Below, in pieces: positions 1 through 12,024 of a stretch of 64,000 bases of DNA. Under the pieces are notes generated by a model, which searched no databases, was not told where the DNA came from, and saw only the letters and a program-made list of their open reading frames with translations. Numbering within the stretch: the first letter of the stretch is position 1; every line of letters starts with the position of its first letter. The position numbers and the translations under genes are program-made. The DNA is taken from positions 434,001 through 498,000 of the forward strand of contig OZ251231.1 of the NCBI GenBank assembly GCA_965240325.2. Direction: 5' to 3'. The DNA is from Rebecca billardiae RCC1528 (taxonomy: Eukaryota; Protista; Haptophyta).

Positions 1-252
1 GCCCGCACGGTCGTGGTCGCCCGACGACACAGCCAATTCCTCGTGGGTCGCAACGTGCGCGCGCTCTGTGGCCTCGAGAGCGGCGCGAGGAGCCCTGCAC
101 GGCGCAAAGCAATCGTGGAAATCCAGCGGTGAGGTTGAAGAAGCGGCGCGCTCGTGCCCACCAGTGATGAGCGAGCGAGTACGAAGCAGGTCGGAACGAA
201 AAGCAGCAGCTGTGAGAGAACTCCGCAGCAGCGCAAAACTCCAAATCAGCAT
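1..252 (-). CDS. Possible 5' part of a gene running off the window (signal-peptide-like N-terminus)
   Basis: ATG at 252 opens an 84-codon frame that stays open to base 1 (MLIWSFALLRSSLTAAAFRSDLL...). The hydrophobic start with an AAA-F motif resembles bipartite plastid leaders. No domain recognised. Confidence 0.25.
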   Translation of the reverse strand, partial: MLIWSFALLRSSLTAAAFRSDLLRTRSLITGGHERAASSTSPLDFHDCFAPCRAPRAALEATERAHVATHEELAVSSGDHDRAG

Positions 253-840
253 CGCACGCGGCATCGCGCTCGGCGCGGCCGTAGACCGTACGCGCCGAGC
301 GCGGGCCGACGCGGATGCCCTGATCTCGAGTAGCGGTGAGGGCGAGTGCGGCGCGTCGGCCTGGCGAGTGGCGAAGACTCGCGCGAGGGCCAGGGTGCAC
401 CGATCGCAGCCGCGGCATGGCATGGCATGGAGGACGCTCGGGGGCCGAGGGCGGCGGCGGGCGAGCCCCGCTGTCGGGGCTCGCAGGACGTGGCATCGCG
501 CTCAGGAGGCTGAGGGCCTGCCCGTCCGGCTGGCTTGCTGTCTGTGTCTGTGTCGATCCAAGTGTCGACGGGAGAGGGCGAGAGAGCCGGAGCTGCGAGC
601 GAGCGGCGCGCGTGCCGCCCGAGCGCGCGGGCAGGCGCGAGCGGGAGGCGGTCGGCATGGCTGGATCCAAACCAGGCGGATGGTGATGGCGGGTATGTAC
701 AGGAGCACGCGAGAGGCACTCAGCATGGAGTCTGTTGGATGGTGCGACGTCGTGGCGGCGCGCCGCGCGCGCGGGCTGCTGGAGGCGCGCGGCGGCGGCG
801 CGGCTTGACGGCGGGCGGCCGCGGGCAACACGCCTCGCGC

Positions 841-3800
841 TCACGCCACGGACACGCGCGTCGGCTCCGGGTCGTACGGGGCGGGCGGCGAGACCGGCGA
901 GGAGGAGGACGACGACGTCGGCTCGGGCGACGTGCCGTCGTCGCGCTCGCCCGGCACCGAGACCGACGGCATCGAGCGCGCCGACGGCGCGGCCGAGCGC
1001 GCGCCTGGCGTCGGCGCCAGCTCCGGTTCCCTCACGCTGCCGCTCGCGGCCGAGGCTCCGCTGTACGAGCGCACCACGCCGACGGCGCCGGCGCGCGCGA
1101 GCGCCGCGAGCTCCTCCTCGTGCGGGTCGTCCACCACGCGCACGTGCTCCAGCGAGATCGGCGGCGGCAGCGTGGCGCTCGAGATGGACGAGAACATGGA
1201 AGGTGACGAGGCCATCAGGGAGGGGCGCGCGCCGGGCGCGCGGCCGTGCCGGCCCGAGCCGTCGTCGCTGCCTCCGCGGGCCGAGCCGCCGTGCTGCGAC
1301 GTGGCGGGCGAGCGCGGCGGCGTGGGCAGCACGAGCGGGCCGAACGCGAGCGGCGGCTCCAGCTGCTGCCCGTACCTCGTCAGGGGCGGCGAGCCGCCTC
1401 CGCCTCCGTGCTCGCCCGGCCGGCGCGCGATCGGCGAGCCCCGGCCGTAGCCGAAGGACAGGCCCCCGCGGGTCGGGCTGGAGGCGAGGGGCGGGCTGGC
1501 GCCGAGGGGCGGGCGCTCGGGCGCGGCGGCGGCGGCGTCGAGCGAGTGCGCGTACGGCGGAAACTCGGCCGACGACGCCGACGGGTGCACCACCATCCGC
1601 GGCATTGCCTCGTGCATCTCGAACGGCATCTGCTCGTCGGGCGGGCTGCCTGACACGGCGGCGGCGGCGGCGCCGGCCGAGCCCAGGCCCAGCGCCTCGT
1701 CGTCGTCGCCGAGCGCGGCGGCGGCGGCGTCGGGCGGCCCGGCCGACGACGAGCCGTGCGCGCCCTGCGCCTGCGGGCCGAGCAGCGCGCGGATCTCCAG
1801 CTCGAGGTGCCGCCGCGCCGCGCTGAGGAAGGCGTCCTCCCACGCGCGGCGCTCGGCGACGCTCGCGTCCGGGCCGCCGGCCGGCCGGTGGAGCGGGGAC
1901 TCGATCGGCGACATGGGCGGCGTGGAGTGCGGCACGGAGGAGGCGGGCGGCACGCCGGGCAGCGGCGGCGAGGGCGAGCGCGAGCCGGAGCGCGCCGGCA
2001 CCGCGCCCACCGCCCGCGCCGCGCCCGCCTCGCGCGCGGGCGAGGTCGAGTGAGAGCCTGGATGCGAGGGTGGCGCTGAGCTCGAGCGGGAGCCGGCCGC
2101 GGCCGTGGCGACGTGCGGCGGTGGGAACTTGGGGGCGCCCTTAGCGGCGGCGGCGGCGGCGAGGCCGTCGCGCTCGAGCGGCGTGCCCGCGGCGGAGGAG
2201 CCCGCCGCGGTGGTCGGCGACGACGCCTGCGACGAGCCCGTGCGCAGCACTGGGCCCGGGAGCAGGTGCAGCCAGCGAACCTCGTTCTCCGCGACGCCCT
2301 CGGCGTACTCGACCGCGCGCTCGAGCGCGGACGGCACGCGGCCGTCGCGCATCGCGAGCTGCGCGATCTGCGCGAGCGTGAGCCCCGCGCCGACGCCGAG
2401 CTGGAGCAGCATCGTGCCCAGGTGCAGCGTCACCAGCGACTCCTCCGGCAGGGACGACGCGATGCGGAGCAGCGCGGCGTCCGCGTGCGAGTCGAGCGCG
2501 GCGATGTACTCGCGCATGCTCTCGTCGAGGGGCTCCGACGCCTGCGGCCACGACGCCCACTCGAAGTTGATCTCGCCGAGCATGCGGTAGTGCGGCAGGA
2601 TGAAGCCGTGGTCGATGGGGACGAGGGAGAGCACCTTCTCCTCCAGCGCCGCGCGCTCCGCGGACAGGCCAGCGTCCGCCTCGGCGTCCGCGTCGGCGGC
2701 GCGGTGGCCGCCCGCGTCGCCGCGCGCGCGCGTGCGCGCCTCGGCCGCGCGGCGCAGCAGCCGGCCCGCCGCGCTCTCGCCCTGCGCGTCGCCGTCGTCG
2801 CTGCCGCTCTCGTCGGCGTCCGCGTCGCTCTCCGCGTCCACCTGCGTGTCCTGCGTGCGCTCCTGCCTCCGGTGCTCGCCGCCCTGCACCAGCAGGTTGC
2901 CCGAGTGCCGGTCCGAGTTGCACACGCGCACGTCGAAGGCGGCGATGCGCTGCGCCGAGCGGCGCTCGAAGCGCGACGGGCCCTGGTCCTCCGCGGTGCA
3001 CAGGTGCGGCACGTACCGCTGGAACGAGCCGGACTTGAGCTCCACCTTGAGCTGCGAGGCCGAGTCGTCGCCCGTCGCGGTGTGCAGCACCCAAAGGAAC
3101 GCCGTGTGCGGCACGCCCGCCCAGCTGCCGTGGTCGAGCAGGTACGCGGCGCACTCGCGCTGCGCGGCGCGGCCGACGCTCACGCCGGGCTTGGCGAGCG
3201 ACAGCGTGCCCATCGCCTCCAGGTCGCCGGCGTACCCCTTCGGGTTGGCGGGCGCGTAAGGCTCTTCGTCGACAGGCTTGAAGACGCCTACGTTGCGGTC
3301 GGCGTCGTCGCGCAGGTAGTACGCGCCGCCGAGCCCGTCGTTGATCAGCTGCGGCTGCACGCCCGCGTCGAGGCCCGCGCGCACGTCGCGCACCATGCGC
3401 AGCATCCGATCGCCGAGCAGACGGCCGCCCGAGCCCGCGGGCAGGCCGTGCAGCGAGTCGGAGTCTCGCAGCATTACGTGCAGCTGCGTCGCCGAGGTGA
3501 CGCCGCACTCGCGCATCGACGTGGCGTCGGCGAGCGCGCGGCCGCGGTAGTTCACTATGGAGTGCACGTCGTGCACGCCAGCGGCCTCGTTCAGCTGCGA
3601 CTGCGCGGCGAGCGGGCGCGCGCCGCGGCGGGGACGGGCGCGCGGACGCGTGAGCGCGTGCGTGCAACGAGGCCCTCGAGCGCGGCGGCAGCAGCCGTCC
3701 GTGGCAGCCGCGGCCGCCGGTGGCGCGCGCACGAGCGATCGCTCCACCTCTCTCTGTCCCTCCCTCCCTCCCTCTCTCGCGCGCGCGCTCGCTCGCTCGC

Positions 3801-4648
3801 TCTCTCGCTGACCGCGCAGCGCAGCGCCCGCGCGCCATGTCGGGCAGAGCGGTGCGGCCAACTGCCGAGTCGCTCGCGCGCGCGCGCACACCTTCACGTC
3901 AGCGACGGTCATGGTCCCGTCGACGAGGAGCTGCGGCGCGGGCCGCGTGACCTTGGCGACGAAGAAGGAGACGAGCTCGGTCAGCTGCGGCACGACGAGC
4001 ACGACCGAGCCCGGCCGCGCGATCTTGCACACGATTGCATCGCCCGGCAGCTCATACCCGTCGAGAAACAGCCGCGGCGCGCTCGGGGTGCCGTCGTGCG
4101 CCTGGACGAGCGCGGCGACGTCCGAGGCGCGCGTGGACTTGCCGACGTGGCAGACGCGGCTCGACGAGCCGCCCGAGCGCACGTCCTCCAGCGTCACGGT
4201 GAAGCTCGAGTTCGCTGGCGCGACTGGCGCGGGGCCGGCGGCGCCCGCAGCCGCGCCGTCGACCGGCGCGTCCGCAGACGCGTAGAACACCTGCGCGCGG
4301 GCGGCGCGGGCGCGCGCGCGGGCGCGAGGCGGTGAGAGCGCGACCGTTGGCACCGGCCCGCCGCGGCGCGTGCGCGCCGCACGCGCGTCCACGCACCAGT
4401 GTGCCGTCCAGCAGGCGCGCAACCTGCCGGCTCACGAGACCGGGGGCGTCCGCGTCCGCACCGCCCATGTGCGGGCCCACGGCGTCCACGGTGTGCGTGA
4501 GGGAGACGAGGGACTTTTCGGAGAGGGAACGAGCAAGCGCCGCGCCCGTCGTCGGCGACGTATGCTCGATGCCCGCCTTCTGGAGGTCGCCATATGCTGT
4601 GAGCGCACGATGCATCGCGCCCGAGCCGTGGTGTGCGGGCGAGAGCAT
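841..4648 (-). CDS. Type II/gamma phosphatidylinositol 4-kinase with N-terminal ubiquitin-like domains (spliced; introns ~4291-4396 and 3601-3891)
   Basis: Motifs GLGGAYYL, VFKPVDEEPYAPANPKG, RECAAYLLDH, NSDRHSGNLLV, PIDHGFILP and FEWASWPQA. UBL-like segments (YRGRALADATSMRECGV). GT-AG introns restore the frame. Confidence 0.88.
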
Positions 4649-5436
4649 TGTGCGCGGCGACAGCGTGGCGACTGGGAGTGAATAGAGAGCACCTTGACAG
4701 GCTACGCGCGCCCGGCGCGCCTTCCGCCGACACCCGCCTCGTGCGACTCTGGCAAGCCAGACGGCGGCGCCAACTCCCTCCGCCTCGCTAAGACGCCAAG
4801 CTGTTGGTGAGGTCCAGCAGCGGTAGCGGGGGCCGAGCGAGACGCCTGGACTGGCGTCTGGGTGCACAGCGGTGTGCAGCAGGCGAAGAAGGGGGAGGCT
4901 GGGACCGTCAAAGAGGGGTGCCTGCTCCTTGCATCAAAGGCGACTTTTCGTCGGCCCACTGGTGTAACGTACGGGCAGTTGGAGGGTTTTGTCGCCGACT
5001 AAACCGGCGGAGGCCGAAAATGCCACACGATTTCTCGCGCCACAAGCGCACCGCCGCGCCGTGATTTCTGAGATTTGCCGCTTCGTGCGTGCGCCCGCCG
5101 GCGTGCGGCCGTGCGCAAGCACTGTGCCGATTAAGTGCCCGAGTGTTCGCGCATATTACCGACTCGCATACCTTTCCCCAATTGCGACATACGCGTGCCG
5201 CCGCCAGCGGGTGCGACTTGGCCTGCAAGACGGCTCATTGGCCGAGAATGACGCGAGAATAATGATCAAACAGCGTCAAAGGTCACCTTCGCTTCGTTGG
5301 TGTCAGGCCATCTCATCAGGCCGCCGCCGTCCGCATCTTTCTGGCCGGACGGTCCTACATGTCATGACGGAACACCGGCGGCCCGTTGGCCGGACGGGCG
5401 GCGGCCGCGCTTGACGCCCAGCCCACGGCCACGCGG

Positions 5437-8400
5437 TCAGCCCCACGCACGAACCAGCCCGGCCCCTGGCGACGGCAGTGCACGCTCTGGCCCATCGCTC
5501 TCCTCGAGCTGCACCCCCGCGCGCCGTCGAGCCGCGCGCGCGTGCGCGGACGCGGGGGAGCGCCGCGACACGCGTGAGTTGAGTCCCGACCGTGTGGCGC
5601 GCGCAGCTGCCAGCGGCGCCGAGGTCGCGCGCGCAGGGAGCGCGGGTGTCTCCTCTCCGCGGGGGCGCGCGCGCGCTCGCGCGCACCTTGCGCAGGGCCA
5701 GCGCCATGCGCTCCCGATGCCCTTCGAGCGCCGGCAGCAGCTGGCGCAGTTCTGACCCGCCGCCGCCTCGGCCCGCCGGCGCGTGCCGCAGCGACGCGGG
5801 GGATGGCGAGAGCGCGGAGGCGAGCGAGGGCGTGCTTGCGAGCCCAAGCGCGTCCCCTCCCGCCGCGCTCTGCCGCTCGGCGCGCATCGCCGCCTGCACA
5901 TCGCCCAGCGCGCCGCTCCAGGCATCAGCGAACTGAGCAGCGGCCGCGGCGCGCTGCGCGCCGCCGCGCGGACTTGCCGGCATGCTGCGCGCCTGCGCGG
6001 CCTCAAAGGAGCTCGCGAGCGCCTCGATCTCGCGGCGTAGGCCCGCTGCGCGCACGCGCGCGTCCGCCTCGTCCGCCGGGTGCGCGCCCCACGCCTCGCG
6101 CCGCGGCGGCGGCGAGCTGTACAGCTGCTGCGGCCCGCCCGACCACGCGGCGGCGGACGCTCGCGTCGCCGCGGGCGGCGCCGAGGGCGAGGCGCCGGCG
6201 ACGCCGCGGCCGTTGTGTTCGGCGCCGCGCTCGGAGAGCTGCGCCGCAAGCCGGCCGAGCTCGGCGCGCAGCCCGCACGCGTGCGCCTGCGCCAGCTCCG
6301 TCGCCGCCGCCGCCGCCGCCGCGTCGCCGCGCGTCGCGCGCGCCGCGCGCGCCGCGCCGTCCGCCACGCGCATCGCCCCGTCTCGCTCCGACGCGACCTC
6401 GGCAGCGGCGCGGCGGAGCTCGACAGCGTCGGCCTCGGCGGCGATGAGCTGCGCGCGCAGCTCGCCCGCCACCGCCGCGGCGTGCGCCGCGTCCGCCTCC
6501 GCCGCGCGCCTCCGCGCCACCTCCGCCTGCCTCTCAGCCGCCTGACCGACAGAGTCGGAATTCGCCGCGTCAGCCGCGCGGCGCGTCGACTCGAGCGCGA
6601 GCGCGGCGGCGTGGGCGCGCATCTCGGCCTCGGCGCTGACGGCCTTGGCGCGCGCGTCCGCCGCGTCCGCGCGCTCCCGCTCGCGCGCCGCCTCCGCGCG
6701 CGCGCGCGCCAGCGCCCCCTTCGCTTCCTCCAGCTCCCGCGCGCGCGCCGCGGTCGCGCGATCCGCCTCCTCCGTCGCGGCGCGCTCGCGCGCCGCCGCG
6801 TCCGCCGCGACGCTGTGGAGCTGAGCGCGGAGCGAGGCGGCGAGGGCGTGCGCGGAGGCGCGCTCGTCGGCGAGCGCGGCCTCGAGCGCGGCGCGCGCCT
6901 CCGCCTCGCGCGCCGCGTGCGCCTCCGCCTCGGCGCGCGCCTCGTTCAGCTCCGAGCGATCCGTCTGCACCTGCGCGCCCGCCGCTTCCTCCCACTGACG
7001 CGCGAGCGCGCCGAGCGGGGACGGCCCTCCGGCGGCGGCGGCCTCGGCGGCGGCGAGCGCCGCCGAGTCGTACGCGTCGCCGAGCCCGCTCACGGCCGTC
7101 TGGTCGAGCGTCGCGTCGAGCGTCGCGGGCAGCCCGCCCGGCCCGCCGCGGGCCGGGCCACGCTCCGAGCCGCCGCCGCCGCCGCCGCCGCCGATGCCGC
7201 CGATGCCGACACCGCCGACGTGCGCCGAGCCCTCGACCGCGGTCGGGAGGCCGGCGGCGCGCAGCCGCGCGCGCAGCACGGCGAGCTCGAGCTCGCGCGC
7301 GCCGAGCTGCCCCTCGACGCGCGCGACGGCCGCGCGCGCCTCGCCCACCGCGCGCGACGCCGACTGGCGAGCCTCTGTCACCATCCGCTCAAGGGCGAGC
7401 GCGTGCGAGCGCGCGACTGCGCCGCCGGCGGCGGCGTTGGCCGCGGCCGCGCCGTCTGCGCCTGGTGGCGCGAGCGCGAGCGCGACGCGGCCGGAGAGCG
7501 CGCCGTCGCACAGCGCGAGCTCGGCGCAGAGCACCCGCTCGAGGGCGCGCCCCTCCGCCACCGCCGCGTGCGCCACGGCAACCGCGCGCTGCGCTCGCGC
7601 CGCGGCCGCGGCCGCCTCCATCTCCCGCTGCTCGCGAGCCGCGCGCGCGCTGGAGAGCGAGCCTGCGGAGGGCGAGGGCGCACGGAGGCTGGCGCGCGCG
7701 GAGGGCGAGACCGAGCGCGGGGCCGAGCTCGCGCGGCTCGAGCGCGCACTCGGCACCATCGAGCTCTGCCGCGATGGCGGCGAGCCGTACCGCTGCAGTC
7801 GGGCGCCGGTGTACACCGCGTGCGCGGCGGCGGACGGGCGACGCGCGCCAGCGCTGAGCGCGCGCGGTGCCGCGCCGCTTCGCCCGGGCATCACGCCCGG
7901 CATGGACGGCCCGGAGGGGTGCGAGAGCCGGCGCGCGCCCGAGGCGGCGGCGGCGAGAGGCAGCTCGTTTCGCTCCAGCGCCGGCAGCGCGCGCGCGCCC
8001 GCGCTCGCGCCACTCGCCGCGCTGAGCTCGCTCAGCGCGGCGAGGTCCTCGTCGTCGGACTCGGCGACGGAGGGGAGCTTCCACGCGCTGATCCCATCGT
8101 CCGCCTCGGACGGCCCGGCGGAGGCAGCCGGCGATGCATGGCCGCTGCTTCCCGCCTTTCGTCCAGCGGCGGCGGCCTTGGTGGTCGTGCGTGCGCGCGC
8201 TGGCGGCGCGGCGCGCGCAGTGCCCGGCGGCGTGCGCGTGCCCGTGCGCTTCAGTGTGCCAGGTGGCGAGCGCGACACCGTGCCCGTCCGGCTGGACGAC
8301 ACGGACGAGCGCGCTCGCGCCGAGGAGGTCGTCGTGCCGGTCGGCGCGCGGGCGCGGGCGGAAGCTGTACCCGCACGCGCCGCCTCGCGCTTTGTGCTCG

Positions 8401-8503
8401 TGGCGTACGTGCGGCCACGCGCCTTTGGCGTGTAGCCGAGCAGCTCGCCGTCGGCGTTGCCCGCGGAGAGCGCGTCGAGCTGCGCCGTGAGCGAGGCCGA
8501 CAT
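5437..8503 (-). CDS. Large Ala/Glu-rich coiled-coil protein of unknown function (one intron ~5509-5686)
   Basis: About 940-codon open frame from MSASLTAQLD with long heptad-like stretches. GTGCGC donor after ...LALRK and CAG acceptor before LEESDGPE...*. Confidence 0.65.
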
Positions 8504-8811
8504 GCGTGATGCGCAGAGCCGCGGACGGCGTGCAGAAAACTCGCGCGCTCCCAAACCGTTTCGGAAACACCGCCTGCGTTTTCGTTACTGGAAAACCGTA
8601 GTATGGGGGTATCGGAAAACCGCCGAATCATCATGTCGTATGATACACTATCGTTACAAGATGTACTGTGATGCCGTGACTGTCAGTGGCGCGTCATCAC
8701 TCACGACGAATGACTCACCACTCCGACTGTCTGTCGCCTAGTCACTAGTGGGACACCGGAGGTCGATGGGCTCGATGGCCGTCCGGGAGCTCGCACGGCC
8801 TCATCGCCGGT

Positions 8812-9112
8812 TCAGGGGTGCGCCCCCGGCGGCGTCGGCCGCGGCGGGGCCGACGGCACGACGACGCCCACGTCCTGGGCGATGGCGACGAGCTGGGCTC
8901 GCAGCGCGTCCAGACCCTCGCCGCTCACGACCGACACGCGCAGCGGCGGCTCGGACGAGTCGTCGAGCGCGACGCCGCTGCGCAGCACCTCCTGCGCGCG
9001 GGCCACCTCCGCCTCGCCGTGCTCGGCGATGTCGTGCGCTGCCGCGGCGAGCGCCGGGCCGTCGAGCCCGAGCCCGTGCGCGCTCGCCGCGCCCTCCTCC
9101 GCCGCCTCGCCG

Positions 9113-9155
<43 letters not shown>

Positions 9156-10368
9156 GCAGGCAGTCTGCCTTGGACAGGACGTCGATCCACCGCGTGGCGG
9201 GCGCGCACGCGCGCCGCAGCTGCGCGCGCACGTCGAGCTGCGCGGCGGCGTCGGAGTGCTGCCCGCTCAGCCCCGACGCGTCGAGCACGAAGACCACCGC
9301 GCTCGGCTCCAGCTCGGCGAGCGCGCAGAACGTGAGCTGCTCGATCGCGTTGCGCTCGTGCGCCTCCCGATTGAGCACACCCGGGGTATCCATCAGCTGG
9401 AGACGCGCGCCCGGCGCGCCGGCCGCGCCGCCGCCGACGTGGCCGAGGGTGAGGCGCTTGGTGGTGAAGGGGTACGCGTTGACCTCGGGCGCCGCGCTCG
9501 AGAGCGCGCACACCAGCGAGCTCTTGCCCACGTTGGGCAGCCCCACCAGCACGCCCAGCGGCTCCTCTGTGTCCACCGCGGGCAGCGACCGAATTAATTT
9601 GCCGAGCGCGGCCAGCTCGTCGAGGGCCGGCGCGTGCGACTCGAAGAGGTCGATGAGTTCGGACGCGGCCGCCTTCTCGAGCGCCTCCGCCTCGCGCGCG
9701 GACCCCGCCGCGGACGCCTCCGCGCTCGCCTCGCGCCCGCGGATCGTCAGCGCCTTGCGCGCGCGGTCGGCACCAGCCATCACGTCGGCGAACGAAGGCT
9801 CTCCCGCGCGCTCGCGCGCGGCGAGGGTGAGGCGGACGAGCTCGCGCTCGAAGGGGTGCAGGTCGCGCAGGAAGGCGCGCAGCTCGCGCTGGTGGTCGCG
9901 CACGGGCACCGCCAGCCCCGTCGTCAGCGCGCTCAGCCGGCGCACCGCCAGCCGGCACGCGCGCTGCTTGCCGTTGAAGGACTTGGCGCGCAGCGAGCGC
10001 TCGGCCTCCTTGCCCTCCTCCGCAGCGGCCTTGCGCGCGAGCTTGGCGATGCGCGCGAGCTGCATGAGCCGGGGTGCGCCACGAAGACGGCCGGTCGACA
10101 CGCCCGTGGCGTCCTCGTAACCAGTCGGCGGCCGCGCCGCGTCGGGCGCTGGCGCGGGCTCGTCGTCCGCGCCGCCGCCGCCCGCGTGGGGTGGCGCGAG
10201 CGCATGCGAGGCGAGCGCGCGCGCGCGCACCGGCCCCGGGCGGGCGAGGAGCCGCGACGGCAACGAGCACGCGGCGCGCCTCGTGAGCACGCGCTCTGGC
10301 ACGCGTGCCGCCAGTGCGAAGCTCAGCAGTCCGAGGCACATGGCCGGCAACCAGCACGAGGACGGCAT
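8812..10368 (-). CDS. NOG1-like OBG-family GTP-binding protein, probably organelle-targeted
   Basis: G1 GLPNVGKSS, G2 YPFTT, G3 DTPG, RNAIE, G4 SKAD, and the LHPFE helical region typical of the NOG1 N-domain. Hydrophobic N-terminal leader. Confidence 0.85.
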
Positions 10369-10451
10369 GCCGACGGAGCGGGGCCGCCCGGGGCGTCGCC
10401 GCGCGGTTTCGTCGGCTGGTCAGCTGCCAAGGTTTGGCGCCGTTGCGCTGG

Positions 10452-11563
10452 CAAGGGTGTCCAGGGTCCGCAACAGCCAGTGCGCAGCGCGGCAGAGGCT
10501 GTGACATCGCGAGGTCGCCGCTCGCCAGTGGGACTCGCCCGCCCGCCGCCGTGCACGGCGGCGGAGCCGCTCGCGCCGTGCGCTCCTGCGGCCGTCGGAA
10601 CGGGCTGCGTAGGCGGCGCGCGGCGTGGGCCGTCGCTGAGCCACCCAGCGCCCCTCGCTGCGCCGCGCGCCTTCCTCGTCCTCGCCTCCTCCGCGCCTTG
10701 AAGCAGCACGCACACGCGCGGCGCCGCCACGAAAGCAGCGCAGGCGCTCGCGTGCAAGCGCGCGCGCGCAGCGCGCGACGGACTCGACTCGGTGTTCGAG
10801 CCTCTGCGGGGACATGCAGTGCTATCACATGCGCGCGCGACGCCACCTCGAGCCTGCGCGTTTGACCGTCAGTGCACGCTGATGCACGTTACAAAATGGT
10901 CTGACTTGGCATCATCACACGTGCGACGGAAGCTTCCACAACGGGCCTTGAGTACGTCGACGCGATCGATGCGGGGACGGTCATGCTTGCGTGCGCTTCT
11001 CTTGTGGTCTCCACGCTTGCTGAGAAGCGCCGCGTACGTAGCTGTCATCGTGTCTTGCCTAAGAAGTCGTCCTGACGCATGGCAGGTTCTGGTCAGATTG
11101 GGCCTACTTCAACACGAGGACGTGTGAGCATTTGGCGCGTGACGGTCACAGCGATGCGCAAGTTCGAGGTGGCGTCGCGCGCGCATGTGATGGTGCTGCA
11201 TGCCCCCGCAGCGGCGCGAGCCCTGAGTCGAGCCCGTCGCGCGCTGCGCGCGCGCGCTTGCACTCGAGCGCCTGCGCTGCTTTCGTGGCGGCGCCGCGCG
11301 TGTGCGTGCTGCTTCAAGGCGCGGAGGAGGCGAGGACGAGGAAGGCGCGCGGCGCAGCGAGGGGCGCTGGGTGGCTCAGCGACGGCCCACGCCGCGCGCC
11401 GCCTACGCAGCCCGTTCCGACGGCCGCAGGAGCGCACGGCGCGAGCGGCTCCGCCGCCGTGCACGGCGGCGGGCGGGCGAGTCCCACTGGCGAGCGGCGA
11501 CCTCGCGATGTCACAGCCTCTGCCGCGCTGCGCACTGGCTGTTGCGGACCCTGGACACCCTTG
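10452..11563. mobile_element. Non-autonomous DNA transposon with ~420-bp TIRs, CAAGGG...CCCTTG termini and 7-bp TSD (P-element-like)
   Basis: Arms ~10452-10871 and ~11140-11563 are reverse complements. The direct repeat GCGCTGG lies at 10445-10451 and 11564-11570. Confidence 0.85.
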
Positions 11564-12024
11564 GCGCTGGCTAGAATCGTATCGCGTCATTGTAGTTTGT
11601 ACTGGCACTCACTGCGTCTGCGACGACTGATGACGCTACTAGTAGATGCCGTGTTAAGGTAGTCTATCTGGCGGTCTGCTGACGATAACCACGCTCAGCT
11701 GCCATGCGAGCGGCACTGACAAGGGTGGAGGGTGGCCAGAATGATCATCTCGGATCGGCATCCTAGTGGTTCCTGCCGCCTCGTCATGGGAGTTGGGACC
11801 TCGGCGGCGCCGCGGTCCGGATACCTACTGGGCGCAGTACGCGTCGTCACTGGCCGAGCCGACGTCTGGGTGCCCCGGCCGGGCCGGAAGCAGGCCGAGT
11901 CGCTGCGCGTGCGCCGCCGGAGCACTTGCCACTCGGCCAGGCAGCGGCGGCCCCGGCTGCCTGCTCGGTGTGCACGGCCCAGCGCGGGAGGCAGCGTCGT
12001 CGGTCTGCCGACTGGTCTGAGTGG

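Noticed and set aside
535-4335. Long plus-strand ORFs antisense to the PI4K gene, and similar antisense ORFs throughout the window
   Set aside because: Arg/Ala/Gly-rich shadow frames caused by stop-codon scarcity at very high GC. They contain no domain motifs.
8560-8625. Repeated GGAAA(A)C motifs upstream of the coiled-coil gene as an RFX X-box
   Set aside because: Poor match to the consensus, and there is no evidence for the factor in this lineage.
10792-11662. ORFs inside the long inverted repeats (also 19648-21927)
   Set aside because: They are mirror-image translations of TIR arms with no transposase motifs.
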